This document shows, piece after piece, positions 36,976 to 45,997 of a DNA stretch of 64,000 nucleotides (positions are counted from its first letter, which is position 1; every line of letters starts with the position of its first letter). The stretch lies in sequence record LC680885.1; one strand, 5' to 3'. The position numbers and the translations under genes were made by a program. The notes under the pieces are model-generated. The model saw only the letters and a list, made by a program, of their open reading frames with translations, was not told the origin of the DNA and searched no databases. This DNA comes from Staphylococcus phage S6.

Positions 36976-37584
36976 ATGGATTTAAAAGAGAATAAATTTT
37001 ATTATAATAAAGATATTAATGAGCTTTTTATAATTGGTAAGGATGAAAGTGATATTAACGATAAGATAAATAAATTCTATTATAAAAAATTATTAGAAAA
37101 AAATTTAGATTATCATGGTTTAATTAATAATCTTTATTATAATAGAAATATAAATTTTGATTTAATGGATGATGACGATATATATTTTAGTAATATGTAT
37201 AATGGAATTAGAGAATATATTAAGGTGAGTTATGTAGAATTTTCATGTACAAATTTTGAAGATAATGAAGTAATATTACAGTTAGATACTTTTATTGATA
37301 AAAGCAATGATAAAAATCTTTTAGAAGTTCATAAAGATTCGCATGGTGTTACCATAACAATGGTAAAAGGTTTTTATGAAAAAGATCTTATAAATTATAA
37401 TGAATACAAAAATATTTTAGACAAATTATCTGATCTGTTTGACACAATGCTTAAAGAAGAAAATGATGGAAATATTAAAATCTTTATAAATGATATTGAT
37501 ATATTTGAACCTTATGCATATTTTAGAGAGTTAGAAGACGAAAGAGGAATTAAAAATATTTTGGTTAAGAAAAATTTTATATAA
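36976..37584 (+). CDS. paralog-family protein (tail ..ELEDERGIKNILVKKNFI)
   Basis: 202 aa. AGGAGAG RBS. Confidence 0.55.
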   Translation: MDLKENKFYYNKDINELFIIGKDESDINDKINKFYYKKLLEKNLDYHGLINNLYYNRNINFDLMDDDDIYFSNMYNGIREYIKVSYVEFSCTNFEDNEVILQLDTFIDKSNDKNLLEVHKDSHGVTITMVKGFYEKDLINYNEYKNILDKLSDLFDTMLKEENDGNIKIFINDIDIFEPYAYFRELEDERGIKNILVKKNFI

Positions 37585-37598
37585 AGGAGATAGATATA

Positions 37599-38219
37599 AT
37601 GGATGTAAATGAATATATAAATAATCATGATTTTTATAGAGTTGGGAATGACGGTCAAGTATTTGTATTTAATAAAGATATATCAAAAGATGAATTAAAT
37701 TCTAAAATATTTACTAAATTATTTTCATGCGAAAATATAGGAATTATACTGTCTGAATGTGGTCATTATATAATAGATGGAAATAATATATTCTTAAGAA
37801 ATAATGATAAAATATTATTAGTCGAAAATATGACTATTGATATAAGTTTATTTAAAGATGATCTAATTGAATTAAATTTTATATTAAATATTGAATCTGA
37901 TCTTTATTCAAAAATTGGTCCTTTTGAAAAAGATAATCATGATCCTTTTTATTATTATAATACTATTATTCAAATAGAAAATAAAGATAACTTTCAACAT
38001 GAATTAATTTCTCATATAACAAATCATTTTAATAAAATGAGTGATGTTGATTTAATGCTTTTAACTACTAAAAATGAAATTAGATTTAATAAAGATTATA
38101 GTATTAATAAAAAATGTATTGATTTTAAATGTAATTTTAATGAAATTTATAAAATATTTAATAAATTAGAAGATGAAAAAGAAATTAAGAAATATATAGT
38201 AAGAGAAAATTTTAAATAA
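37599..38219 (+). CDS. paralog-family protein (tail ..LEDEKEIKKYIVRENFK)
   Basis: 206 aa. AAGGAG RBS. Confidence 0.55.
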   Translation: MDVNEYINNHDFYRVGNDGQVFVFNKDISKDELNSKIFTKLFSCENIGIILSECGHYIIDGNNIFLRNNDKILLVENMTIDISLFKDDLIELNFILNIESDLYSKIGPFEKDNHDPFYYYNTIIQIENKDNFQHELISHITNHFNKMSDVDLMLLTTKNEIRFNKDYSINKKCIDFKCNFNEIYKIFNKLEDEKEIKKYIVRENFK

Positions 38220-38232
38220 GGATAGAATAAAT

Positions 38233-38796
38233 ATGAATTTAGATAATATTGTAATATTAAAAAAGAAAAATGATGGTAAATTTGACAATAACAAATTTAT
38301 AGAATTTAATCATAATAATATTAATAATGATGAAATATTAAGTCTTTCTTTAATTACTCTATATACGAGCGTGTATGCATTTTATATAAAAAGTGATGTA
38401 AAACCTGACAATTTTGTTAGTTATTTAGCTAATTTTTATTTAGAAATAGATGGGCATTTAAAAGGACCTTTAAATATAACACATGATGAAAATAATAGAA
38501 TACTTATAATTTATAAAGGAAGACTACCACAAGATATTTTTGAGATTAGAGAATTTAACGTAAATACTAAATTATATGCATACTTAATTAAAGGTGGTAA
38601 TTACAATACGGTAGAAGATGATCTAATCAAATCAATAATCAATGGTTCAGAGTATATAATAAATAATGAAAGAATTAAGCCAAAAATTATTATTAATGGA
38701 GCATATAAGGATATTACAAATGTATTAAATTATTTTGAAAAACTTACTGATGAAAAAGAAATTAAAAAATATCTAATTAAAAAAAATTTTAAGTAG
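38233..38796 (+). CDS. paralog-family protein (tail ..LTDEKEIKKYLIKKNFK)
   Basis: 187 aa. AAGGA RBS. Confidence 0.55.
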   Translation: MNLDNIVILKKKNDGKFDNNKFIEFNHNNINNDEILSLSLITLYTSVYAFYIKSDVKPDNFVSYLANFYLEIDGHLKGPLNITHDENNRILIIYKGRLPQDIFEIREFNVNTKLYAYLIKGGNYNTVEDDLIKSIINGSEYIINNERIKPKIIINGAYKDITNVLNYFEKLTDEKEIKKYLIKKNFK

Positions 38797-38813
38797 AATA
38801 AGGAGGATTAAAT

Positions 38814-39437
38814 TTGGATAAGTCATTATATGTATCGGATATATTCGATGAGAAAGTTATAGGAAGAAAGGATCTTAATAAAGATGAACTTTTTGATTTG
38901 TCATTTAATACAATTTTAAATAATTCTGCTGACACTAGATTTAATAAAGAAGGAATTAGGTTAATGTTATCATTTTCAAAAGGATTAATTTTAAAATTTG
39001 ATTATGCAGACAAATATTTTTATGTGAAAGATTTTATATTTTTAATAGAAAAAGTTGATGGTAACTATGAATTTAATTTTACATTAAGTATTCCAGAATT
39101 TGCAGACAGTGAAATTGAAATTGAATTAGGAATTTTTGAATCGGATAAAGGTCATAGAGAATTTTATTTTAATGATTTTTCTTATTATAAAGAAGGAAAA
39201 ACTTTATTAGAAAGAGCTAAAGAATATTTAATATACGATATTTTTAATAATTATGGTGTTATTTTTAGTATTTTTTCATTAAAAGACAAAAATAGAATTT
39301 TAACAGACGATAATTTTATCATAGATAATAATGATATAGATGAATTTTATAGTCTAAAAAATATAGATAACGTATTTAGAGAAGTAACAAACGAAAAAGA
39401 AATTAAAGAATACTTAGTTCAGAAAGGATTTAGATAA
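38814..39437 (+). CDS. paralog-family protein (tail ..VTNEKEIKEYLVQKGFR)
   Basis: 207 aa. TTG start after AAGGAGG. Its final codons (AAAGGA) serve as the RBS of the next gene. Confidence 0.5.
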   Translation: MDKSLYVSDIFDEKVIGRKDLNKDELFDLSFNTILNNSADTRFNKEGIRLMLSFSKGLILKFDYADKYFYVKDFIFLIEKVDGNYEFNFTLSIPEFADSEIEIELGIFESDKGHREFYFNDFSYYKEGKTLLERAKEYLIYDIFNNYGVIFSIFSLKDKNRILTDDNFIIDNNDIDEFYSLKNIDNVFREVTNEKEIKEYLVQKGFR

Positions 39438-39438
39438 A

Positions 39439-40050
39439 ATGAAAATAGACTTAGAATCTTATGAATACTATTACCATGATGAAGAAAAAATATTAGTTCC
39501 AGTATCATTAGATATGAAGAAAGAAAATGCAAATGAGTTAATGACGTTTGAATATTATAAGAAAGTTTTTAAAAGTTTTAATCATAATATATTTCATAAA
39601 AGAATTCATGATGATAATATACTATTTAGTACTCGATTAAATAAAGTGATTAACAAAAGTACTGGTATATCAATACCTACTTATGATTTATATATACATT
39701 TTGAAATAGATAACTCATTAAATATTATTTCCTTAGAATTAAGTTTTTCAATGGATACAAATCACTTTGATTTATTTAGAACATTCTATAAAGATAAAAT
39801 AGAAGTTATAAATTTTTCAAAGACAGATTTTTTAAAATATAATCAAAATGTAGATAATTTAGAAGATAAAATGGCATGTCTATTAGCTAAATTATTCTTT
39901 GATATGCACAATGATGAAAATGAAGATATTGAAATATATGTAGACAATTTTTACCATGAATCACTAGACATAGCTAAGCCATATAAATATTTTAGATTGA
40001 TGGGAGAAAAAGAAATAAAAAATCTAGCAACTAAAAAAACTTTTAAATAA
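39439..40050 (+). CDS. paralog-family protein (tail ..GEKEIKNLATKKTFK)
   Basis: 203 aa. ATG lies 10 nt after the AAAGGA formed by the K-G codons of the upstream gene. Confidence 0.55.
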   Translation: MKIDLESYEYYYHDEEKILVPVSLDMKKENANELMTFEYYKKVFKSFNHNIFHKRIHDDNILFSTRLNKVINKSTGISIPTYDLYIHFEIDNSLNIISLELSFSMDTNHFDLFRTFYKDKIEVINFSKTDFLKYNQNVDNLEDKMACLLAKLFFDMHNDENEDIEIYVDNFYHESLDIAKPYKYFRLMGEKEIKNLATKKTFK

Positions 40051-40107
40051 TTTAATTAACTTTCTTTTATATTAATAAATACAATGAAAGAGAGTTGAAT
40101 ATAATAA

Positions 40108-40887
40108 ATGTCTGAAACTAATGAAATTGATTTAATATCACAAATCAATGATATGATGGATGAATATAAGATGTTAGTAAAATTTAAAGATAAAATGGAA
40201 AATAAAGAAATTCAATTAGAAAATCGTATACAGGATTTAACTAAGAATTTGAAATATCCTAAACATACATTCGTATCTAATATGGAAGCTAACATTATTA
40301 GTGTAGAAAAAGAAATTAAAGACACTATTATGCAAATGAAAAATGTTAAAAAAGATATTATTGACTTAACTATGAAAGCTCAGAAAATGGCTGAAGATGA
40401 TGAATCTGAAGATAATTATAAAACTCTTGCTAAAAATGTACTTAATGAGCTTAATAATATGTCTAATAAAGATATTTTAAACAGTATGATGGAACCTGAA
40501 GAAGTAAATGATGAAGATACTGATTTTAGTGAAGAATTAGATGCAAAATTGTCACAATTAGATGAAGAAGAGAAATCTATTAATAAAGAAGTAGATCAAA
40601 AAGAAGAATTGAGTCAAGAAATTAATGAACTAGATCAACAAGATTTATCTTCTATATTAAAAGTCTATAAAGGTACATTACAATTCTTTGTTGTAGGAGA
40701 TTCTCCTGAAGAATATGAATTAGTAGTTGCTGATATGGATATGAATATTATTGAAGAAGATGAAATGGAAGATGAATACCCAGAATTATTTACTATGACT
40801 AGAGATCTTATCTTTGAAGATGTTGAAGGTAATGATGAAATAGTTAAAGATGAATTTGGAAATATTTATCAAAAAGCAGAATTTTAA
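40108..40887 (+). CDS. highly acidic coiled-coil protein
   Basis: 259 aa. Runs such as 'EEDEMEDEYPELF', 'DEDTDFSEELD'. GAGAG RBS. Confidence 0.55.
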   Translation: MSETNEIDLISQINDMMDEYKMLVKFKDKMENKEIQLENRIQDLTKNLKYPKHTFVSNMEANIISVEKEIKDTIMQMKNVKKDIIDLTMKAQKMAEDDESEDNYKTLAKNVLNELNNMSNKDILNSMMEPEEVNDEDTDFSEELDAKLSQLDEEEKSINKEVDQKEELSQEINELDQQDLSSILKVYKGTLQFFVVGDSPEEYELVVADMDMNIIEEDEMEDEYPELFTMTRDLIFEDVEGNDEIVKDEFGNIYQKAEF

Positions 40888-40895
40888 ATTATTTT

Positions 40896-40929
40896 ACCCC
40901 ATAATATATTAATACAATATATTATGGGT
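40896..40929 (+). terminator. Hairpin terminator ('accccataatatat..atatattatgggt')
   Basis: Near-perfect 14-bp stem followed by an AT-rich T tract. Confidence 0.5.
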
Positions 40930-40956
40930 ATTTATTATATATGAAGGCTATGTGTT

Positions 40957-41322
40957 ATGGGATTTGAGTTAACGATATATGGAATAAATAAAAGTAAGCA
41001 AAGAGATTTACAATGGTATATTAATCATCATAGATATACTAAAGAGAAGAATCATTTATTTGAATTGGAATTATATAAACCACATGAACTTTTTGATGTA
41101 TTAAAATATAAAGTAATTAATTATAAAAATGAAGATGGTTTTGATATTCAAGTAATAGATGAAAATACTTTAAAAGAGTTAATGGAAAATGAATTAAGAG
41201 AAAATAATTTTGAATATGGCTTAACTCAATATTATGAACTTATGACTGAAATATCCAGAAATAAATATTTTATAAATAATGATAAATTTGATTTTTACCT
41301 AATTTTAGATACATCATTTTAA
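40957..41322 (+). CDS. hypothetical protein
   Basis: 121 aa. Confidence 0.45.
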   Translation: MGFELTIYGINKSKQRDLQWYINHHRYTKEKNHLFELELYKPHELFDVLKYKVINYKNEDGFDIQVIDENTLKELMENELRENNFEYGLTQYYELMTEISRNKYFINNDKFDFYLILDTSF

Positions 41323-41343
41323 TAATAGGAGAGTGAAATAGAT

Positions 41344-41469
41344 ATGTTAAAAAGATTATACAATTTATTAACTAAGAAAAAATTTGAAAGAAGATTATAC
41401 GACTTTAGATTTAATTATCAAGATCATGAACATTTAAATCAAGTTCATAGAGATTCAAATAATATTTAA
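41344..41469 (+). CDS. small ORF (41 aa) not in the supplied track
   Basis: ATG at 41344 with AGGAGAGTG 8 nt upstream. Encodes 'MLKRLYNLLTKKKFERRLYDFRFNYQDHEHLNQVHRDSNNI'. Verified in-frame stop at 41467-41469. Confidence 0.4.
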   Translation: MLKRLYNLLTKKKFERRLYDFRFNYQDHEHLNQVHRDSNNI

Positions 41470-41488
41470 TATGAAAGGATGATTATTA

Positions 41489-41890
41489 ATGCTATCAGAA
41501 TACAGATTAAATTCAAGTAAAGAAGACATTAAACAGCTATTAAGAGATTATGGTTTTAAAAAAGATTCTTATACTAAAGCTTTATTATATAGAAAACGTG
41601 TAACTGACCCAAATGATATTTTATTTATAGTGGCCGAAGTAGTTATTGAAACTAATTCAGATCTAGTTAAATTAAATTACTATGATAGTAAACATAATAG
41701 ATTTAATCCTTCTAATGAATCACCAGAAGTTCAAAAAGGTTTAAGTATATTAGAAGATATGAAAGAAAAAGAATTATTAATTGAACCAGAGTTAACTCAA
41801 AATGAAGAAGAAAAAGAAGTTCTTGATAGACTTAAAGAACAACGTGAAGAAATGGAAAATGGTCAAGTATCACCCAATTCTGAAAATTAG
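41489..41890 (+). CDS. hypothetical protein
   Basis: 133 aa. AAAGGATG RBS. Confidence 0.5.
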   Translation: MLSEYRLNSSKEDIKQLLRDYGFKKDSYTKALLYRKRVTDPNDILFIVAEVVIETNSDLVKLNYYDSKHNRFNPSNESPEVQKGLSILEDMKEKELLIEPELTQNEEEKEVLDRLKEQREEMENGQVSPNSEN

Positions 41891-41891
41891 A

Positions 41892-41917
41892 ATAAATATA
41901 TATTATAAAAATGTTAT
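41892..41917 (+). promoter_or_regulatory. Conserved promoter-like motif copy 6 ('ataaatatatattataaaaatgttat') + hairpin 'tcccaatacta..tagtattggga'
   Basis: Begins 2 nt after the stop of the 41489 gene. Hairpin at about 41917-41945. AAAGGAG RBS of the 41971 gene follows. Confidence 0.45.
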
Positions 41918-41970
41918 CCCAATACTATTAAATTAGTATTGGGATTATTATAATAAAAGGAGTTAAGTAA

Positions 41971-42747
41971 ATGGAGAAAATTAAAAAATACTACATTAGT
42001 AAATCGAAAGATGAATTTATGGAATTAACTTTCAATGAAAATGAAACACTCTATTTTGACTTTAAGTGGAAAGTTTTAAGTGAGCTATTCACTACAATGC
42101 AAATAAATTATAATAAGAGATTTCTTATATCTCATGAAGAACATGATGACAATGGTTTAGTTGGTCTTAGAATAAATTTCAATGCTTTTCCCACAGTTAA
42201 ATACAAATATAAGGGTAAGAAAAATAAAATGGAACTTCTTATATACGCTATAATACGCTTTAGTCTAAATGAAGAAGACGATAATTATATTAAGTTTAAA
42301 GCTGTTCCTTTATATAATAATAGTGAAATAGGGAAAAGATTATTTAGTAAAAGATCTGGTATATTTGATGATAATGGTGAACTAAATTTACCGCATGACT
42401 TTAATGAAGAAGTTATGATTCGTTTTTTAAAATATTTTAAAAGTCATATACAAAAAGGTAAAAGACCTTTAGAACTCAAGGATGATTTACACAAGATGTT
42501 TACTACTACAAATAAATTAATTTTTGAATTACTAGATCAGATACAAGATCATTCAGATATTGAATTTCTTATTGCACCCGATTGGGATTTTAGTGGTAAA
42601 GAAATGGAAAAAGAAAAAGGTTTTAGTTTTGAAAAAGAATATGATAAGTATATCAGTTTAAATGATTTCGATGTTGATGCATATTTTAGAGAAATAACTG
42701 ATGAGAAAGAGATTAAAAAATTTAAAGTTAAGAAAGGATTTTCCTAA
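41971..42747 (+). CDS. paralog-family protein (tail ..EITDEKEIKKFKVKKGFS)
   Basis: 258 aa. Also has the internal 'QIQDHSDIEFLIAPDW' block shared with the 44346 member ('QIRDHFDIEFFVSDG'). Confidence 0.6.
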   Translation: MEKIKKYYISKSKDEFMELTFNENETLYFDFKWKVLSELFTTMQINYNKRFLISHEEHDDNGLVGLRINFNAFPTVKYKYKGKKNKMELLIYAIIRFSLNEEDDNYIKFKAVPLYNNSEIGKRLFSKRSGIFDDNGELNLPHDFNEEVMIRFLKYFKSHIQKGKRPLELKDDLHKMFTTTNKLIFELLDQIQDHSDIEFLIAPDWDFSGKEMEKEKGFSFEKEYDKYISLNDFDVDAYFREITDEKEIKKFKVKKGFS

Positions 42748-42748
42748 T

Positions 42749-43567
42749 ATGAAAAATAATACAAAATATTTTATAGATAAAAAAAGAGATGAATTAATTG
42801 AAATTGATAAAGAATATCTTAATCGATATGAGTATATTGCACACGTATTAACTGTCATTGATATGAATAAGCTTTTATATATTGAAGATCATGCTAGATC
42901 CTTTATAAATGGTATTAATATTGAAGAAAATGATGTGGGAAATGGATTGACTTTTAATAATATAGAAATTCATAATAATATCCATTTCAAAAATATAAAT
43001 AGTAAAAATAATGCGTATAAAAATTTTAATACCGATTTTTATATAAACTTCTTTATTGATAGAATGGATAAAGTTAAAACTCAGAATTTTAAGTTAAAAT
43101 TTAATTTTTATAATTCAATATATAAAGAATATTTTAATAAAATTACCAATAATTTATTAAATGAAGATAATTTAGTCAATGAAGGAGTAAATAAAGAAAT
43201 AAGATCTCTTATGAATTTTGAATTATTTAAAAAAGAGTTATATAATACTAAATACAATAATAGTGAATATTTAAATCTTTTTGAAAATTCATCATATATG
43301 AAGGACAATGTTATTGGATTTATAAATAAATTTGAAGGATTATTTTCTAGTGTAATATACCAAAATAACCTTAGTGTATTAATGACTCTTTATGAAATAA
43401 AATACATGTATGAAGATGACATAGATTTTTATATTAATTTTTATAATGAAAATTATGGTTTAGTTAATATATTAGAATTAATCGAAAGTGATGAAAATGA
43501 TTTATTTAAAGAAATTAAAACAGAAAAAGAAATGAAAGCGTTTAAAGTTAGAAAAGGATTCAAATAA
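42749..43567 (+). CDS. paralog-family protein (tail ..EIKTEKEMKAFKVRKGFK)
   Basis: ATG at 42749 lies 2 nt after the upstream stop. The RBS AAAGGA is formed by the K-G-F codons of the upstream gene (track start 42701 is an internal overlap). Confidence 0.55.
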   Translation: MKNNTKYFIDKKRDELIEIDKEYLNRYEYIAHVLTVIDMNKLLYIEDHARSFINGINIEENDVGNGLTFNNIEIHNNIHFKNINSKNNAYKNFNTDFYINFFIDRMDKVKTQNFKLKFNFYNSIYKEYFNKITNNLLNEDNLVNEGVNKEIRSLMNFELFKKELYNTKYNNSEYLNLFENSSYMKDNVIGFINKFEGLFSSVIYQNNLSVLMTLYEIKYMYEDDIDFYINFYNENYGLVNILELIESDENDLFKEIKTEKEMKAFKVRKGFK

Positions 43568-43588
43568 TATAAAGAAAGGATTTTTGTA

Positions 43589-44329
43589 ATGGAATATAAT
43601 AATTACTATAGATATAAATTAGATGGAAAAATACTTCACTTTGATATGGATAGAACTGATTTACGTAGAGATAAATTGGCTGAAATATTTACTAAAGTTA
43701 AGATGGAATATATTTATAAAGATAAAAAAATGATTAAAAAAGCAAGAAACTTTATTTACCGATCTAATCTTTCTTTAGAGTATTCTCATTTTAAAGATAA
43801 AGTATTTGTAATCAAACAAATTTCTAAAATGCTAAGTAAAAACAATGTAAGGGATTTATTAATTTACGATACGGATCTTAGTTTAGAATTTAATTCTATT
43901 TTAGACGGTGGTATATTTAAAAAAGATTTTCCAGAAGGATCCTTTTATGAAAAAATAGAAAGTAATATGAATAGAAAATATTTAATTTTAAGTGATAATA
44001 TAAGACACACTAGTGAAAGTTTTGTTGATTTATATGATAAAGATTATATTTTAAATTTTGAAGAAGTAGAATTGCTAGTCAAAGAATTTAATAAAACTCT
44101 TTTAAATTATCTTATGGATTTAATGAGTTATGGAAATCTAGAATTAAAAGTTAGAAAATCGGAGTTAGCATATTTTATGACAGGAATATATACAAAAATG
44201 GAAGAAAACGAAGATAAGTTATTCCCTATATTTGATTATAAATTTTTACTTAATGAATCTGGATTATTTGAAGAGATTACAGATGAGAAAGTTATTAAAG
44301 AATATTTAGTGAAAAATAATTTTAAATAA
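43589..44329 (+). CDS. paralog-family protein (tail ..EEITDEKVIKEYLVKNNFK)
   Basis: 246 aa. Last ~80 nt are nearly identical at DNA level to the ends of the next two genes. Confidence 0.6.
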   Translation: MEYNNYYRYKLDGKILHFDMDRTDLRRDKLAEIFTKVKMEYIYKDKKMIKKARNFIYRSNLSLEYSHFKDKVFVIKQISKMLSKNNVRDLLIYDTDLSLEFNSILDGGIFKKDFPEGSFYEKIESNMNRKYLILSDNIRHTSESFVDLYDKDYILNFEEVELLVKEFNKTLLNYLMDLMSYGNLELKVRKSELAYFMTGIYTKMEENEDKLFPIFDYKFLLNESGLFEEITDEKVIKEYLVKNNFK

Positions 44330-44345
44330 AAAGGAGATCAATGTA

Positions 44346-45128
44346 ATGAGTATAAATAAAAGTCATAAAAAATATTTTTTGAGTAAAATGACAGATGATT
44401 TATTTGAAGTTACTAACTTATACAGATATAATATAAATGAAGATTATTTATATCTACCTCAATTACTTTCTAATTTACAAGTAAAAAGTAATGAAGAAAT
44501 AAATATACTTTCTGAAGAGATTGTTGGTAAAGATGATAATGGAGAGAATTTATGGTCAGGAACTATATCAGCTGGATATATTTTTCCAGTTATCAAATAT
44601 AATGTTAATAATAAAAAGACAACGAATATACTTATTATTGATTTTGATATTATTTTCAACGAATCAATAGAAAATGAAAACTATTTAAAAGTTAGAATTG
44701 AAAATCCATACTCTTCAGGTATAAATTCAATAATTTTTAATAGCGTTATTGGCAATATATTAGATGAATCCAATTCTTTAAAAGTACCTTTTAGATTTCA
44801 TATAAATAGCATGGAAGATTTAATATCAGATTTTAATAATGGTACAGAAAATGATTTTAGAAATAATAAAGATTTATACCAAATATTAGTTGAAGTAAAT
44901 AGTTCTATATTGGAAATTTTATCACAAATTAGAGATCATTTTGATATAGAATTCTTTGTATCAGATGGTTGTTTCTCGCACATACCAGAGAATGATAAAA
45001 GAGATAATGATGATATAGATGATAAATACTATAATTTATTTGACGAGTATAAAATGTCTGGAGTATTTGAAGAGATTACAGATGAAAAGATTATTAAAAA
45101 ATATTTAGTGAAAAATAATTTTAAATAA
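44346..45128 (+). CDS. paralog-family protein (tail ..EEITDEKIIKKYLVKNNFK)
   Basis: 260 aa. N-terminal 'KKYFLSKMTDDLFEV' is shared with the 45144 gene ('KKYFLCKINDELFEV'). Confidence 0.6.
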   Translation: MSINKSHKKYFLSKMTDDLFEVTNLYRYNINEDYLYLPQLLSNLQVKSNEEINILSEEIVGKDDNGENLWSGTISAGYIFPVIKYNVNNKKTTNILIIDFDIIFNESIENENYLKVRIENPYSSGINSIIFNSVIGNILDESNSLKVPFRFHINSMEDLISDFNNGTENDFRNNKDLYQILVEVNSSILEILSQIRDHFDIEFFVSDGCFSHIPENDKRDNDDIDDKYYNLFDEYKMSGVFEEITDEKIIKKYLVKNNFK

Positions 45129-45143
45129 AAGGAGATTAATATA

Positions 45144-45941
45144 ATGGGTGTAATTAAAAGTAATAAAAAATACTTCCTATGTAAAATAAATGATGAATTA
45201 TTTGAAGTTGATAAGAACAATAGAGATTCATTTTTATATGACTATTTACCTTTAATAATAGCTGAAAAAATAATTAATTCAACTGAAAAAGATTCATATG
45301 AAACTAGTGCATTGGATGTTTATTATAAAAAAGAAGATAACATAATTGAAGGGAATTTAAAATTTTTAGCAAGATGTTTACTTCCCGTCCTGTATAATTT
45401 CAATAATAAAAATTCATTTAAAACAGTTATGACTATCGCAGATTTTAAATTTAAAAGAGATGCTAATAAATCTACTTTTAGTATAGATAAAAATAGTGTT
45501 AATGATAAAATACTATTTCAAATGAGACCTTTAGGAAATGAAATTGATGATATTTTATTTAATAGTATTATAAGTGACCTTTTAAATGAAAATGACGAAA
45601 TAGAAATGAAACAAATGTTATTAATTGGTAATTTTGAAAAATTGTTAAGTGAAATTGATAATCAAAATATAAAACATCATGATGATTTTAAAATTTTAAT
45701 CAAAGATATATTCAATATTTATCTTAATTTATTAAACTCATTAAGTCATCATTTTAATATTGAATTTTTCTTTTCTGAATCTTCTTTTCTAGACATGTTA
45801 AATATTTATGATTATGATATTATTAATAATAAAGATAGTTATAAAATAAATATTTTTGAAGATGATTTAGATGGAATATTTGAAGAGATTACAGATGAAA
45901 AATTTGTTAGAGAATATTTAGTGAAAAATAATTTCAAATAA
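45144..45941 (+). CDS. paralog-family protein (tail ..EEITDEKFVREYLVKNNFK)
   Basis: 265 aa. AAGGAG RBS. Confidence 0.6.
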   Translation: MGVIKSNKKYFLCKINDELFEVDKNNRDSFLYDYLPLIIAEKIINSTEKDSYETSALDVYYKKEDNIIEGNLKFLARCLLPVLYNFNNKNSFKTVMTIADFKFKRDANKSTFSIDKNSVNDKILFQMRPLGNEIDDILFNSIISDLLNENDEIEMKQMLLIGNFEKLLSEIDNQNIKHHDDFKILIKDIFNIYLNLLNSLSHHFNIEFFFSESSFLDMLNIYDYDIINNKDSYKINIFEDDLDGIFEEITDEKFVREYLVKNNFK

Positions 45942-45997
45942 AATTAAAAATTTATAGTAACGGAAATATATTTATCAATAGGAGTTGAAACTGGATA

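Noticed and set aside
34335-45941. Possibility that the regularly spaced conserved gene ends are a CRISPR-like or other non-coding repeat array
   Set aside because: Repeat units are about 80 nt coding gene ends spaced 500-800 bp, with intact ORFs and RBSs between them. Not short direct repeats with unique spacers.
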